Origin: Eledone cirrhosa
Taxonomy: Eukaryota
Length of the DNA: 64,000 nt
Direction: 5' to 3'
NCBI GenBank assembly: GCA_964016885.1
Contig: OZ024741.1
Coordinates: 168,454,001-168,518,000, forward strand
Of this stretch, positions 37,053 to 48,726 are shown in pieces. The notes beneath the pieces were generated by a model. That model made no database searches. It had not been told where the DNA came from and saw nothing but the letters and a program-made list of their open reading frames with translations. Each line of letters begins with the position of its first letter. Positions within the stretch are counted from its first letter, which is position 1. A program made the translations under genes and the position numbers.

Positions 37053-37275
37053 ATAATGGTTTCTTATATAGGCACAAGACCAGTAATTTTTGAGGAGGGA
37101 AAGTTGATTAAATTGACCCCAGTGCGTGACTGGTAATTTATTATTTTATCAACTCCATAAAGATCAAAGGCAAAGCTGACCTTGGCTGTATTTGAAACCA
37201 GAACGTAAAGGGCCGTAACTCTATGCTGCAAAGCATGATATCCGACTCTCTACCGATACTGTCAATGCACCACCA
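37053..37275 (-). mobile_element. SINE family A (long form)
   Basis: aataatggtttcttatataggcacaag terminus plus core. Confidence 0.85.
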
Positions 37276-37303
37276 TATAATAATAATAATAATAATAATA
37301 ATA

Positions 37304-38075
37304 AGGAACCGAAAAACTGAGAGGCAAACATAACTGGGATTGACTTAGAATAGGAAGTCTAATAAAAGAAATGGAAAGCACTATCATACTTGCTCAAGAC
37401 CAAGTTATCAAAATCAATCACATTAGGAACACAAGGAAGACATATCCCCACTGTGCAGGGTGTGTGTGGAATGTTTGAGGACACAGTGGTACTCATTGTT
37501 GCAGAGTGCCCTGATTTGGTGCAAAATATATATAAGAAATGGAGACATGAAGAAGTAACCAAGGTTATACATTGAAAAATCTGCCAGAAGTGTGGATTTA
37601 AGTGTGTAGATAAGTGGTACAACCACAAGTAATTGAATCAGAAAATTGTAAAATCTTACAGGGCTTCACAATGCAGACAGACAAGATATTAGAGTACAAT
37701 AAGCTAAACATAACTGTGATGGACAAAAAACAGCAACAGAAATGTGGATATATAATAGACCTCTCAAGCCCATTTGATTTTAAACTGAAGAAAAAAGAAG
37801 AGAAAAATGAGAAAAATTACAATCCATTAAAATAGCAGATTGTGCAGCTGTGGAAATTGAAAAAGTTTAATGTGATACTAGTAGGGATAGGTGCCTTGGG
37901 AACTCTAACCCATAAATTTGATTATTGGATAAAGGAAATGGAAATTGAGTGCCATATAGCATTATTCCAGAAAGATTGTCTTTTGGGAATAGTATGAATT
38001 ATCAGGAAAGTTATGGACAGTTGATGGAGACAAATTTAATGATACCTAAGACCACTGGTTGTGGTCCACTATCAT
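37304..38075 (+). mobile_element. old R4/Dong LINE 3' remnant starting at (TAA)n
   Basis: AQDQVI, TVVLIVAECPDL..YKKWRH, KWYNH, IESENCKIL.GF.MQTDK, IGALGT. Confidence 0.7.
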
Positions 38076-38105
38076 ATAATATACAGATTTTCAACACCTT
38101 ATTTG

Positions 38106-39372
38106 GGGTCACTCATGACGAAAAACACACAAAAGCCCACGCCCACCCTGACCACCAAGGCAAGCAGCCTCTCTCAGTTTTCCCACTCCTCAGTCTACAG
38201 GCGCATACTCAGAGCAAGCCTATTCACTCGGACCAGACTTGCCACTTTCACCCACCTTTCAACAAACTTACTAGAAGACAGCACTTGCCTCTCCACCCTG
38301 ATTTTCCTCTTCAAGTGAAACCTGAAAAAGTTAATCAGGGAATAGCCGGAGAGGAAAGTGTCCCTCTTCAACCATTTTAACCTTATCTACCACACAATCT
38401 CTTTCACCATGGCCACCAGCCAGATGACAACTGCCTGTCCTTCCTCCTCTTTAAAGGAGGATGGCAGGACTATCTGCACAATGGACTCAGTCGATAACAG
38501 GATCTATCCTATATGTGACAGCAACTGTTCGACATAGCCCCACAAGTCAGCAATCCTCGGGCACTGAACAAGTGCATGCAGGACAGTTTCGTTGCCCTGC
38601 ACGTATCTTGGACAGACTCGGCTCACAGCACCTCCATGCCTATAGAGCTTATCCCGAGCCGGCAACACTCCTCAGTAGCACTGCCAGGCCAGGGATTTCT
38701 GGAAGTTGTCCATAGGCCCCGGGCTGGAAATTCTCTTGAAGAGAGAGAACAGCTGATCGTCTTCGACGCCCAGGGTCTCCCCGAGAACGTTGTCGCTCTT
38801 CCCCTCCACTAGCCCTCTATAGAACGCTGAGGTGGATGTTCCACCAATATCAGTGCCCAGCTGGTAGAGGGCGGTGAGCACTTGGTGACATTCCAGCTTC
38901 CAAGCACTATCCCTCGGTCTTTTCCTGATTCAGGACTGCAGCTCCGTCAAGGAGATGAGCTGGGGAATGTACGTCTGACAAGTGGCGACCACACCTGTTC
39001 ACCGTCAAGGAAGCACCAGAGATATCGCAGCCTCAGCACATGTTTGCGCATCGTCAGCCACAGCATACCCAGTCCTCCACGCAATGGGTGCTGACAGCAG
39101 ATGGATCATCTGATGATGGGAGCACGTCCCTTCCACAAAAAGCGGAAAAGAAGGCGCTCCATTTTGGTCAGAGTTGGGCGGGCAAGGTACGACGGTCAGG
39201 TGGTAGCAGATGACGTACATGATGTACGCATTCACCACCTCTTCCCGATCTTTCAGAGATAGCCTCCTCTCGGCCCATTTCTGGGTGAGAGAGGTCACCC
39301 TGCTTGTCACATCGTTCCAGTTTTTTCTCCATCTGGAGGTCCGGACTGAACCAGACCCAAGCAATTTAACCG
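38106..39372 (-). mobile_element. L1/Tx1 copy 3 (subfamily B), both ends truncated
   Basis: Reverse-complement match to 40355-41595 (LTALYQLGT..GVEDDQLF..MDNFQKSLAWQC). Confidence 0.9.
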
Positions 39373-39377
39373 ATGCA

Positions 39378-41787
39378 CGACGGACTGCCACAGGTCTCGA
39401 CGACCACAGTGCAGTGTTGCGAAAAACCGATAACAGCAGGTGAAATATGGGAAGCGATGTCTGACTGCACGAGGGGTAAATCACCAGGTTTGGATGGTTT
39501 GCCCTACGAGATTTATGCATATATGCCAAACTTGTTCTGAGACTTCTTGGCAGATGTCTACCGCAACTGGCAGCAAAACGGGAGCATTCCCAGTTTTGTG
39601 AGCCGGGGAGAGGTGGCGCTGCTGAGAAAAGACCCAAACAAGGGGGACGTTATAGACAACTTCAGGCCCATAACTCTGCTAAACGCAGAGTTTAAGATTT
39701 TGGTCGAGGTGTTAGCAAGGAGATTGGTGCTTGTCGTCGGTGATCTGGTAGGAGAGGCGTAAACATGCACTATTCCGGACAGATCCATCCACAACAACCT
39801 CCATCTCGTGCGATACATCATAGAGAGGGTGGTTAAGGAAACTGGCACGGGTGGGGCCCTGATCAACTTGGATCAATCTAAAGCATTTGATAGGGTCGAC
39901 CACCGGTACCTGGCTGCAGTCCTCGAAGCGGCCGGCTTCGGGCCCGTTGTTAGGGACTGGATTGCTGCGATGCACAGTGACATCTGCTCGATTGCGAGGG
40001 TGAATAGTCACCTGTCGCAACCTTTCGGCATCATGCACTCGGTCCACCAGCGTTGCCTCCTCTCGTCCCTCTTGTACGTACTGGCCCTCGAGCCGTTACT
40101 GCACATATTGGAGATGATGAGAGGGGTCCCATGCGAACTGGGATGCGGGAGACCCGTGTCAGCTTCCGCCGACGACGTCACTATGGTGGTGTCGAGCACC
40201 TAACACGTCTAGATGCATGGCACCGCTCTCAAGGAATATGAAGCGATGACAGGAGCAGAGATAAACAGGAAAAATCGTGGGGTTTGCAACTCGGCACCTG
40301 GAGAGGTAAGTCCATGCCATCCAACAGCATCGTGGGGAGCTGGACGGAAGGACCGGTTAAATTGCTCGGGGTCTGATTTGGTCCAGATCTCCAGATGAAG
40401 AAAAACTGGTGCGAGGTGACGAGCAGGGTAGCCTCTCTCACCCAGAAATGGGCTGAGAGGAGGCTGTCTCTGAAAGGTCGGGTGGAGGTGGCGAATGCGT
40501 ACATTGCGTCCGTCATCTGCTACCGCCTGACCGTCGTCCCTTTCCCTCGCCAAATCTGACCAAAATGGAGCGCCTTCTCTTCCGCTTTTTGTGGAAGGGA
40601 CGTGCTCCCATGGTAAGACGATCCAATTGCTGTCAACACCCGTTGCGTGGAGGACTAGGCATGCCGTGGCTGATGATGTGCAAACATGCACTGAGGCTGC
40701 GATATCTCTGGTGCTTCCTTGATGGTGAACAGGTGTGGTCGCCGTTTGCCAGACGTGCTTTTTACCAGCTCGTCTCCTTGACGGAACTGCAGACCCGGAT
40801 CAGGAAAAGACCGAGGGATAGCGCTTGGAAGTTGGAATGCCTCCAAGCGCTCACCGCCCTCTACCAGCTGGGCACTAGTATCGGTGAAACATCCACCTCG
40901 GCGTTCTATAGAGGGCTAGTGGAGGGAAAGAGCGACAACGTTCTCGGGAAGACTCTGGGCGTCGAAGACGATCAGCTGTTCGCTCTCTTCAAGAGAATTT
41001 TCAGACCGGGGCCTATGGACAACTTCCAGAAATCACTGGCCTGGCAGTGCTACCAGGGAGCGTTGCCGGTTCGGGATAAGCTCTACAGGCACGGAGGTGC
41101 TGTTAGCCGAGCCTGTCCGAGTTACGCGCAGGGCGACGAAACTGTCCTGCACACACTCATTCAGTGCCCGAGGATTGCTGACTTGTGGAGCTATGTCAAA
41201 CAGTTATCGACTGTGTCCATTGTGCAGATAGTCCTGCCATCATCCTTTAAAGAGGAGGAAGGGCAGGGAGTTGTCATCTGGCTGGTAGCCATGGCGAAAG
41301 AGATTGTGTATTGGACAAGGTTGAAAGGGTTGAAGACGGACACTTTCCTCTCCAGCCAATTCCTGATTAACTTTTTCAAGTTTCACTTGAAGAGGAAAAT
41401 CAGGGTGGAGAGGCAAGTGCTGTCTTCTAGTAAGTTTGTTGAAAGGTGGGTGAAAGTGGCGAGTCTGGTCCGAGTGCATGTGCCCTCTCTGAGTATGCGC
41501 CTGTAGACTGAGGAGTGTGAAAAATGAGAGTGGGCGCTTGCCCTGGTCGTCAGGATGGCCGTGCTATTTTGTATGGTTTTCATCACGAGTGACCCTCTGA
41601 GGTTTCCCCTTTCTAGGGGAATTTTTATTGTTTGAATTTTTTTTTGATTTCTAGCCCGATTTTGTTATAACCTGTTTACACGACCAAAACCCAGTTTATA
41701 TCGTCCTGTACTGTTCTGAGCCGTCTCTAATGTTTTTTCTTCATGTTAGCCCTTGTGGCCAATAAAGAAACCATTATTATTATTATT
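39378..41787 (+). mobile_element. L1/Tx1 copy 4 (subfamily B), 5'-truncated
   Basis: DGLPQVS..GKSPGLDGLPYE, NFRPITLLN, DQSKAFDRVDH, SASADDV. The end is ccttgtggccaataaagaaacc(att)n. Confidence 0.92.
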
Positions 41788-41793
41788 GTTAAA

Positions 41794-41994
41794 GGCGGTG
41801 GTTTGGCAGTATCAGTAGAGGGTCGGACGCCATGCTTAGACGCATAGAGTTACGGCCCTTGTCATTCTGAGTTTAAATCCCGCCGAGGTTAACTTTGCCT
41901 TTCATCCTTACGGGGTCGATTAAATAAAGTACCAGTAATGCACTGGGTATTTGCTGGCCTTGTGCCTAAAGTAGAAACAATTATTATTATTATT
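41794..41994 (+). mobile_element. SINE family A, full length, between Tx1 tail and Dong tail
   Basis: Complete head, core and terminus with (ATT)n. Confidence 0.93.
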
Positions 41995-42985
41995 GTTCTT
42001 TGAGTCTCAGTCATTGATGTTATTTAACTGGAAAGTTTGTTGAAATGAATATCAAGCCACTACCTGCAGCCTCAGATATTCAGGACGTACCGGAGGGTTC
42101 TTGCTGTTCCCAGCAAGCATGCCTTTTGAAGTGTTCCAAAAAGCGGGGCGGGACCAATTTTCTTTAACCATCCTTGGAAACTCTTTGAGATAGTACCTAG
42201 TGCGCCTATGACAATCGGGACTACTTTGACTTCATGGCAGTTCCAAATCCATTTAACCTCCAGCTTTAAGTCCTGGTATCGGTTAATTTTCTCTCTCTCC
42301 TTCTCTTGCACTCTCGTGTCGAGTGGGCAGGCCACATCCACAATCAGGCACGATCTTTTTTCTTTGTCCACAACCACCAGGTCAGGTCTATTGTGTTTCA
42401 GTTTCTTGTCCGTCTGTATCCTAAAATCCCGCAGCACCTTCATGTGATCGTTTTCCATCACCGACTCTGGCTTATGCTCATACCACTTCTCAGAATGTGG
42501 TAAATTGTTTACTTTTCATAGGTGCCAGTGGATCACCCTGCCCATCACATCATATCTCCAGCCTTTATAGTGAGTCTGGGCTAGGTGTTTACACTCGGAT
42601 ACAATGTCAGCCACAGTCTCCTCTCTCTCTCCACAGATCCTACACAGTGGGCTAGCCTCCTCCTTGTAAATATGGTGTTTCGGCCACTTCGTTTTGAGGG
42701 CCTGCTCTTGCGCAGCCATTAACATTCCTTCTGTAGCCTTTTTAAGGTCTCCTCTTTTCAACCAGTTCCATGTCTGTGGATCTCTAAATTCAGTTTTCTC
42801 AAAGAAGGCACTATGAAAGGATTTTTCATGAAGGTTGCTCTTTCTCCTTGTTATTTCCTCCTTGGACATCCCCTGGTCTATTGTCCTCTCCTTCAGTACA
42901 ATTCTGAGCATTGGCTCCCTACTATCAGTCACGTATTTGTGTAGGTTGTTTTTCTCCATCTGAACACAGTCCTCTATACTGATAA
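41995..42985 (-). mobile_element. R4/Dong LINE (family 1), 5'-truncated
   Basis: High identity to 12804-13795: CRICG CCHC and RPDLVV RLE, ending RYVLNI*. Confidence 0.93.
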
Positions 42986-44355
42986 CATAAAATCGCGCCG
43001 AGTGGAACGAGCATCCGAGTCCCAAATCCAAAAAGCTTTGGAACATGTGTGTGCAAAAAAACCCACATCGGACGTGGGCAGAAATATGGAACCGTGGACG
43101 TGTTCTTTGGAACACCACAGGAAGCCAGGGAACACTCCATGGTCCCATTAAGAAGTGACGACTTCACACTCGTCCCAAGCTATTGTGGTTAGAGACTCGT
43201 GAAGATCAGGGTTACCCACGTACCACCGGCCATCGAAATTCCTTGGCTAATGGCTGCCGTCCTCACCGGCATCGAGGCCAACACCAAGATAATCGAAATA
43301 GCGAAAGAAAAGCAGGAGAACTGGTCCGGATCTGGGATGGAGCTCCTGATCCAAGCGGACCAAAAAAGCAATGAGATCCCAGAGGTAATAGACCTCACTG
43401 ACGGCAACCACCTCACCGTAATCGTCGAGGGCAGAAGGTGTAGGTGTGTCGTTTGTGGTGAAGGAACCCACCTAAGGTCTTTCTGCCCTCAGGCTAAAAG
43501 GTTGAGGCCACCTCTCTTACCCACCCCAGTGACTCAACAATCAACACCACCAGCAGCAGAAATGGCAGCAACAACAGAAGCAACTGTAACAGCAACAACC
43601 ACAGCAACAGTAGCAAAACCAACACCACCACCACCCAACGCGCCAGAACTAGCACCAGCGCCTACACCACCCACCACGCCACAACCAAAACCGACGCCTG
43701 TGCAGGATTTTCCACTCCCCGACCTTTCGCAACTGGATACAGATTGTGACGAAGAGGAGTGGGAAACGGTATCAGGAAAAAAGAAAAAAAGTAAAAGAAG
43801 CCAAAAAAGAAAAAAAACTCTCTTCCCTCCCCCTCCAAAAACAAAATACAGAGGGAAACAAATAAACTATCAAACAAAAAAGTTAGGACAGCTATGCCAC
43901 CATCCACACCAGCATCACCAACCTCATCACCACAAACACCAACACCATCACCATCATTAACCCCAACACCCCTATCACCAACACCACAAAAGTCACCAAA
44001 AGGCCAAACAGAAACAAACCCACAACAAACGCAAACAAAACAAAACAACCAAAACGATACACACTACACAGCATTAAATTTGAACAACAACCAATTATTA
44101 CACTACATCCAACACAACACCAGCATCACAGAAAAAGCCTACACAACACCCCAAAAGTTCACACCACCTCCACACATACAAATCACTCGCATCACACAGA
44201 AAACGTACACGACACTAAAACAAAAAATCCCCAAAGACATCGGAGAATTCCGACAAGCACTCTCCAGGAGGATTTATAAGGACATCCTTCCGGAGGAGGC
44301 CACAAGCAGTGAAAAGGATGGAGAAACCATCCTTCCTCTACGAGAAGTAAGGTAA
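42986..44355 (+). pseudogene. Tx1 ORF1 (gag-like nucleic-acid-binding protein), disrupted
   Basis: CVVCGEGTHLRSFC is a CX2CX4HX4C knuckle. Pro/Thr-rich linker and EEEWETVSGKKKK basic motif. Split across frames, ending at 44355. Confidence 0.8.
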
Positions 44356-44389
44356 ATGGTCTTTCCCATCTTTTTCACTCCATTTCAAC

Positions 44390-47300
44390 ATGACCTCACT
44401 CAGAATAGGCAGCATAAATGCGCGTGGCTTGGGGTCGTCATGGAAGACGGGCCACCTGCTCAACGACCTCAGGTAACTAAACATAGATGTAGTGGCCATC
44501 AGCGAGACCAGAATCTCCGAGGCACGGGACTTCGCACCGATCTTCGGCGGCTACGATGTGTACGCATCTCCCAGCCGTCCTGGATCTGCGGAGGAGTTGC
44601 TGTGCTTTTTCGGAGAGGTTTGGATCTCGCCATACGGGCCATCATCCTGGACCCAGAGGGTAAGTTGGTGGTGCTGGACGTGACCAGCGGAGACGGGCAA
44701 GCTTTCAGGCTAGTGGCCGTCTATGCCCCGACAGGAGCAGGGAGGCCTGATTTCTTCCGGCGTCTGGAGACCTTTCTTGGAACGTCCTGCCCTTTAGTGT
44801 TAGTGGGCGACTGGAACGGGATCTTAGATGCACGCTGGGACTGTGTGGGATTAGCGGATAGGGGAGGAGGGTGCAAGAGCCTCACCAACCTGTTCAGGCG
44901 TTATGAACTGTCTGACAGGTACCGATTGGATTTCCCGAATGTGCCAATGTGGACTTGGACAAATCGCATAGGGTCATCCAGATCATATCTAGATAAAGTA
45001 TTTTGTAGGGAAATAGATAGGTCTAGCATAGGCTGTCCACAATTCAAGATAGTCAGCTACACGGACCACAAATTCGTGAACTGTGTGCTTGACTTAGATA
45101 GGCTTCATAGACGAGGACCAGGCTACTGGAAGCTAAACACGTCCTTACCAGCGCGCAAGGCCTACAGAGACCGGATTAGCGAACTAGTTAAGTGGGCGTT
45201 GACGGAGGCCATCGTCAACAACAAGTGGTGGTTTGCTCTGAAAAGAGCGATTAGAATAGAATCCATTAGGTTTAGTAAGGCTTTAGCAATAGAGAAAAAT
45301 AGAGCAGAGGGAGAACTAGTTAGAAAATTAGACGAGGCGCTTAGCAAAGGCATTGCGACCGACGTGCTTGCGGCGAAATTGGCCCTTGACCAATTCTTCA
45401 ATGCAAAGCACGAAGGCTGCGTTGTCAGAGCTAGGGTGCGTGCTCTCAGACACGAGGGGACGAAAGCCGTTCAATGGGCCCGAGTGGCGGAGGCGCGTCG
45501 TGGCAACAAAGCCACGATCCGGTCTTTGGTGGACCACGACGGGCGCATGCTACTCGATTCCGGGCAAATGTGTGAAGCTTTTCAGCGACACGTCACTCAG
45601 CTGTTCGGGGGCAGCGGTGGGCCGGGTCGAGGGATGGACTTTAGTGTCTACCTCGACGGACTGCCGCGGCTCTCGGCCACTGAGGCGGAGTGTTGCGAAA
45701 AGCCGATAACAGCCGCTGAAGTAAGGGAGGCAATGACTGGCTGCACAAAGGGTAAATCGCCTGGTTTGGATGGTCTGCCCTATGAACTTTACGTACAGAT
45801 GCCAGACTTGTTCGGAGGCCTCTTGGCGGAGGTCTACTGCAACTGGCAACAGAACGGTAGAATTCCCAGCTCTGTGAGTCGAGGAGCTGTGGCGCTGCTG
45901 AGAAAGGATCCGAAAAAGGGGGATAACATAGATAATTTCAGGTCCATAACTTTGCTAAAGACAGAGTTCAAGAGTTGGCCAAGGTGCTAGCAAAGAGGTT
46001 GGCGCTTGTCGTTGGTGGTCTGGTGGGAGAGGCGCAGCCCATTTGCCGTTCCCGACAGATTCATCCACGACAACCTCCACCTCATGCGATACATCGTAGA
46101 GAGGGTAGCTATGGAACCTGGCACGGTTGGGTCCTTGATCAATTTAGATCAGTCGAAATCTTTCGATAGAGTCGACCTTCGTTACCTAGCGGCAGTCCTG
46201 TGGGTGGCTGGCTTTGGGCCCGTCTTCAGAGCTGGATCGTTGCCATGCACAGCGACATCTGCTCTGTGGTGAGAGTGAACGGTCACCTTTCGGAACCGTT
46301 CAACATCATGCGCTCGGTCCACCAAGGATGTCCCCTCTCGTCCCTCTTGTACATATTGACTCTCGAGCCATTACTGCACAAACTGGAGGCGTTGAGGGGG
46401 ATCCCGCGCAAACTAGGATGCGGAAGATCCGTGTCAGCATATGCGGACGATGTCACCGTAGTGGTGTCGAACACCAAACACATCGAGGCGATCGGCACTA
46501 CACTAAGAGAATACGAAGCGGTGACAGAAGCAATGATCAACCAGGAAAAGTCATTGGGCCTGCAGCTCGGCACCTGGAGAGGCGACGCGGGGTGCTGGAC
46601 GGACAGAACGGTTAAATTGCTAGGGGTCTGGTTCCGTCCGGACCTCCAGACGGACAAAAACTGGGACGAGGTGACGAGCAGGGTGGCTTCTCTCACCCAG
46701 AAATGGGCGGAGAGGAAGCTATCCCTGAAAGGTCGAGCGGAGGTGGCTAACGCGTACATCGCGTCCATCATCTACTACCGCCTGACCATCGTACCTTGTC
46801 CTAAGCCCCGCCTGACAGCGCTGGGGCGTTTGCTGTTTCTCTTTTTGTGGAAGGGATGCGCTCCGATGGTCAGACGGTCCATCTGCTGTCAACACCCGCT
46901 ACGTGGAGGGATGGGCATGCCGTGGCTGATGATGCGCAGACACGCGCTCAGGCTACGACATCTCCACTTCTTCCTTGACGCTGATCAAGTGTGGTCGCCG
47001 TTTGCTGGACGCGTCTTTCCCCAGCTCGTCTCTTTGACGGCGCTGCAGTCCTGGGTCAAGCGAAGACCGAGAGGGAGCGCTTGGAGAATGGAATGTCTTC
47101 AGGCGCTCACAGCCCTCGACCAGTCGGGCAATGCGTTCGGTGGAAACTCCACCTCGGCGTTATATAGAGGATTAGTGGAGGGGAAGAGTAACGACGTACT
47201 TGGGGAAACTCTAGGCGTCGACGAAAATCAACCAGCCAATCTCTTCGGAAGAACTTTTGGGCCGAGGCCTATGGACAACTTCCAGAAATCCCTGGCCTTG

Positions 47301-47784
47301 CAGTGCTACTGAGGAGCTTTGCCAGTTCGGGATAAATTCTACATCATGGAGGTGTCGTCAGCCGGGCATGTCCCAGATGCGCGCAGGGCGACGAAACCGT
47401 CCTGCACGCACTCGTCCAGTGTCCGAGCATTGCTGACTTGTGGGTTTATGTCGAACACCTGCTGTCGCGTGTAGGACGGATCCAGCTATCAGCTGAGTCC
47501 ATCGTGAGGATTGCTCCGCCCTCTTCCTTTAGCCGGGAAGGGCAGGCAGTTTTATCTGTCTGGTGGCCATGGCGAAAGAGATAGTATGGTGGACACGTTT
47601 GAAAGGGCTGAAGACGAACACTTACCTCTTCGGTGATGCCCTGATTAACTTTTTCAAATTTCATTTGAAAAGGAAAATCAGAGTAGAGAGGGAAGTGCTC
47701 TCTTGCCAGCATTTTGTTGAAAGATGGGTGAGAGAGGCAAGAATGGCCCGAGTGAATGGGCCTACTCTGAGTATGTGTCTGTAA
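44390..47784 (+). pseudogene. Tx1 ORF2 (APE endonuclease + RT + C-terminal CCHC), frameshifted
   Basis: MTSLRIGSINARGL, AISET, GGVAVL, VYAP, VGDWN, WTW, YLDKVF, TDH (APE motifs). GKSPGLDGLPYE, YADDV. Confidence 0.88.
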
Positions 47785-48021
47785 ATTAAAGGTGGAAAAC
47801 TGGGAGAGGGCACTTGCCCTGGCGGTCAGGGTCATTGTGGATTTTTAATGGGCTTTCTCCACGAATGTTCCTCGGAAGTCTCCCCCGTACTGGAGAATTT
47901 TTCATTGTTATTTTTTTGTTACATCCTCTGTTTTTGTTTTTTACATGCAGAAATGCCCATTTGTACCGTCCTGCATTGTCCTTAATGTCTACTTTATGTA
48001 AACCCTTGTGGTTAATAAAGA

Positions 48022-48065
<44 letters not shown>

Positions 48066-48066
<1 letters not shown>

Positions 48067-48343
48067 CTCAAGCAGGTTTGTCTGACATGGCAGCACTTCA
48101 GTGCCTGTAGATTTTATCTCAAACCGGTAGTAGCCCCCCCCCCCTCCCAGTAACACTGGCAAGTCAGTGATCTCTGGAAGTTATCCATAGTTCTTGGCTC
48201 GAGAGTCCTTTAGAACAGACATGTCAGTTCAAATTGTTTGACGTCCAGAGTCTTTCCGAGTTGCCCACCACTAATTCTCTATAGACTTGAGAGTGGAAGT
48301 TCCACTGACCATATTGCCTGCCTGGTAGAGGGCAGTGAGGACC
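48066..48343 (-). mobile_element. older Tx1 ORF2 fragment
   Basis: Minus strand reads VLTALYQAG..GKTLDV..TMDNFQRSLTCQCY..LPV.DKIYRH. Confidence 0.7.
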
Positions 48344-48540
48344 TGGCAACAACTAGTTAATAAAACATGGATGGATGTAACAGCAGACTTCCCATCAATA
48401 TTTGACTTCAACAAAGAAAACAAATTTTATAACATTGATGGCAGCATTCATCTATGTCGATTAGATTACAAAAATCATTGGATTCACTTCAACTGTGGTA
48501 TTGTTAAGCTCACTAATGAAATGGCAATGTTGAATAGTTC

Positions 48541-48726
48541 AATAATTGTTTCTACTTTAGGCACAAGGCCAGCAATTACCCAGTACATTACTGGTACTTT
48601 ATTTTATCGACCCCGTAAGGATGAAAGGCAAAGTTAACCTCGGCGGGATTTGAACTCAGATCGTAAAGGGACGTAACTATGCTGGAAAGCATGGCGTCCG
48701 ACCCTCTACCGATACTGCCAATCTAC
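48541..48726 (-). mobile_element. SINE family A (short form), inserted in the satellite edge
   Basis: Full reverse-complement match. Satellite-like units occur on both sides. Confidence 0.92.

Larger units (their letters stand above)
42986..48065 (+). mobile_element. L1/Tx1 copy 5 (subfamily A), near full length
   Basis: ORF1 with zinc knuckle, ORF2 APE-RT-CCHC, and a 3' UTR with a long (TTA)n tail. Confidence 0.95.
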
